A DNA stretch of 64,000 bases from Felis catus (taxonomy: Eukaryota). Shown in pieces: positions 62,971 through 64,000 of this stretch. Under the pieces are notes generated by a model. It was not told the DNA's origin and did no database searches. It was given only the letters and a program-made list of their open reading frames with translations. Position 1 is the first letter of the stretch, and every line of letters starts with the position of its first letter. The stretch lies in the NCBI RefSeq assembly GCF_018350175.1, contig NC_058368.1:146136001-146200000 (forward strand), written 5' to 3'. The position numbers and the translations under genes were made by a program.

Positions 62971-64000
62971 TAAATTCACAAGCTCTGAGAAACTGCAGTT
63001 TGACAGCCACACAGAAAAGGCTGTTTGAAAAATAGCCTATGACAAAGCAGCTTCCAAACACAGAATTTCCCTAGAGTATTAAGAGGTGCACCAATGCTTT
63101 GTCAAATCACCAAGTCACAAAAACCTGTTAGTTTAATAGTCTGATAGATTCTATAGGGCTAAACCCTCTCTTTGAAAATGGCCAAAAAAGTGCTGAAAGT
63201 TAGCAAAAAAGGTTTCATTGCTGTCCTGGAACTTACAACATATGCTTCTTCACTCTGCACAATCTCACCCGCTAGCATTTTTACCTCCTGGTCTCCATGA
63301 AGCAAGAGAAGTCATGTGCTTTATCTCAGATACTTGTTCTGCTGGAAAAAGTCTTACTTTTAAAACAAGCTGAAGGAAGGCACCATAGGCTATCAATGCC
63401 TTTGTGACCAAGGTCCTCTACCAAGGAAGTGGACAATGTGTATCACTTCTGAAATTATTTATTTGCTCTTTCCCAGCTTTCCGTCTGGAACTACCATTTT
63501 CAAACAATCACCACAAATATATGAAGGGCAAAATTGGCAGGCTGTGTAAGTACTTATGCTTCAGAAAACTCTTTTATTCAAGGCAAGACTGGACTCCACA
63601 GGGACTCCACCATGGGCATATTTAGCATTGGCGTTTAGTCCCAGCTTACTCCTTCCTGCCTGAGTCTCTGAGCCACATATGCTTTAATCATTCCAGCCCA
63701 CTGATTCATTGAAAAATAAACACTGAGGTGATAATTAATTAGAAAGGCTGCATATTCCTCTCATACAACGAGTTAAGTGTTTCTTCCTGCCAGAAATTGG
63801 CTTTCAGAAAAGGAGGTGTGTAATGTCCTTGTGTTTTGTGTTTACATTGGTTCGTTTTTCATCAGATTCTCCAAGCTTTGATACCTGTGGCTTAATATTC
63901 ATAACATTTTGCTTGGATTTTCAACTTTATTCAAAACCCATATAACTTCCACAACCAGTTGAGACAAACCAGATGAAAGATTTCAACCACATCCACTCAC

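Overview
Mammalian genomic DNA, almost certainly a felid or close feliform, judged from many carnivore tRNA-derived SINEs (three look like the young cat SINEC_Fc type) and carnivore/felid LINE-1. The window is AT-rich, repeat-dense and intergenic or intronic. I could not support any host protein-coding exon, and the only recognisable ORFs are broken L1 ORF1/ORF2 pieces or SINE/microsatellite artefacts. I found no evidence of a new biological system. The interesting content is retrotransposon and repair history. (1) A multi-level nest at ~8.6-21.3 kb: ancient L1 > twin-primed 5'-inverted carnivore L1 > younger internally deleted felid L1 plus two SINEs. (2) A SINE carrying a 105-bp insert apparently copied from an L1 1.7 kb away. 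(3) An ORF1-only L1 with a 12-bp TSD and no poly(A). (4) A second twin-primed L1. (5) A tailless 34-nt U2 snRNA retrocopy with a 13-bp TSD. (6) A repeat-poor, motif-rich stretch near 48.6-49.9 kb that may be regulatory. Repeat family names come from recalled consensus features, not a database search, and boundaries of old repeats are approximate.
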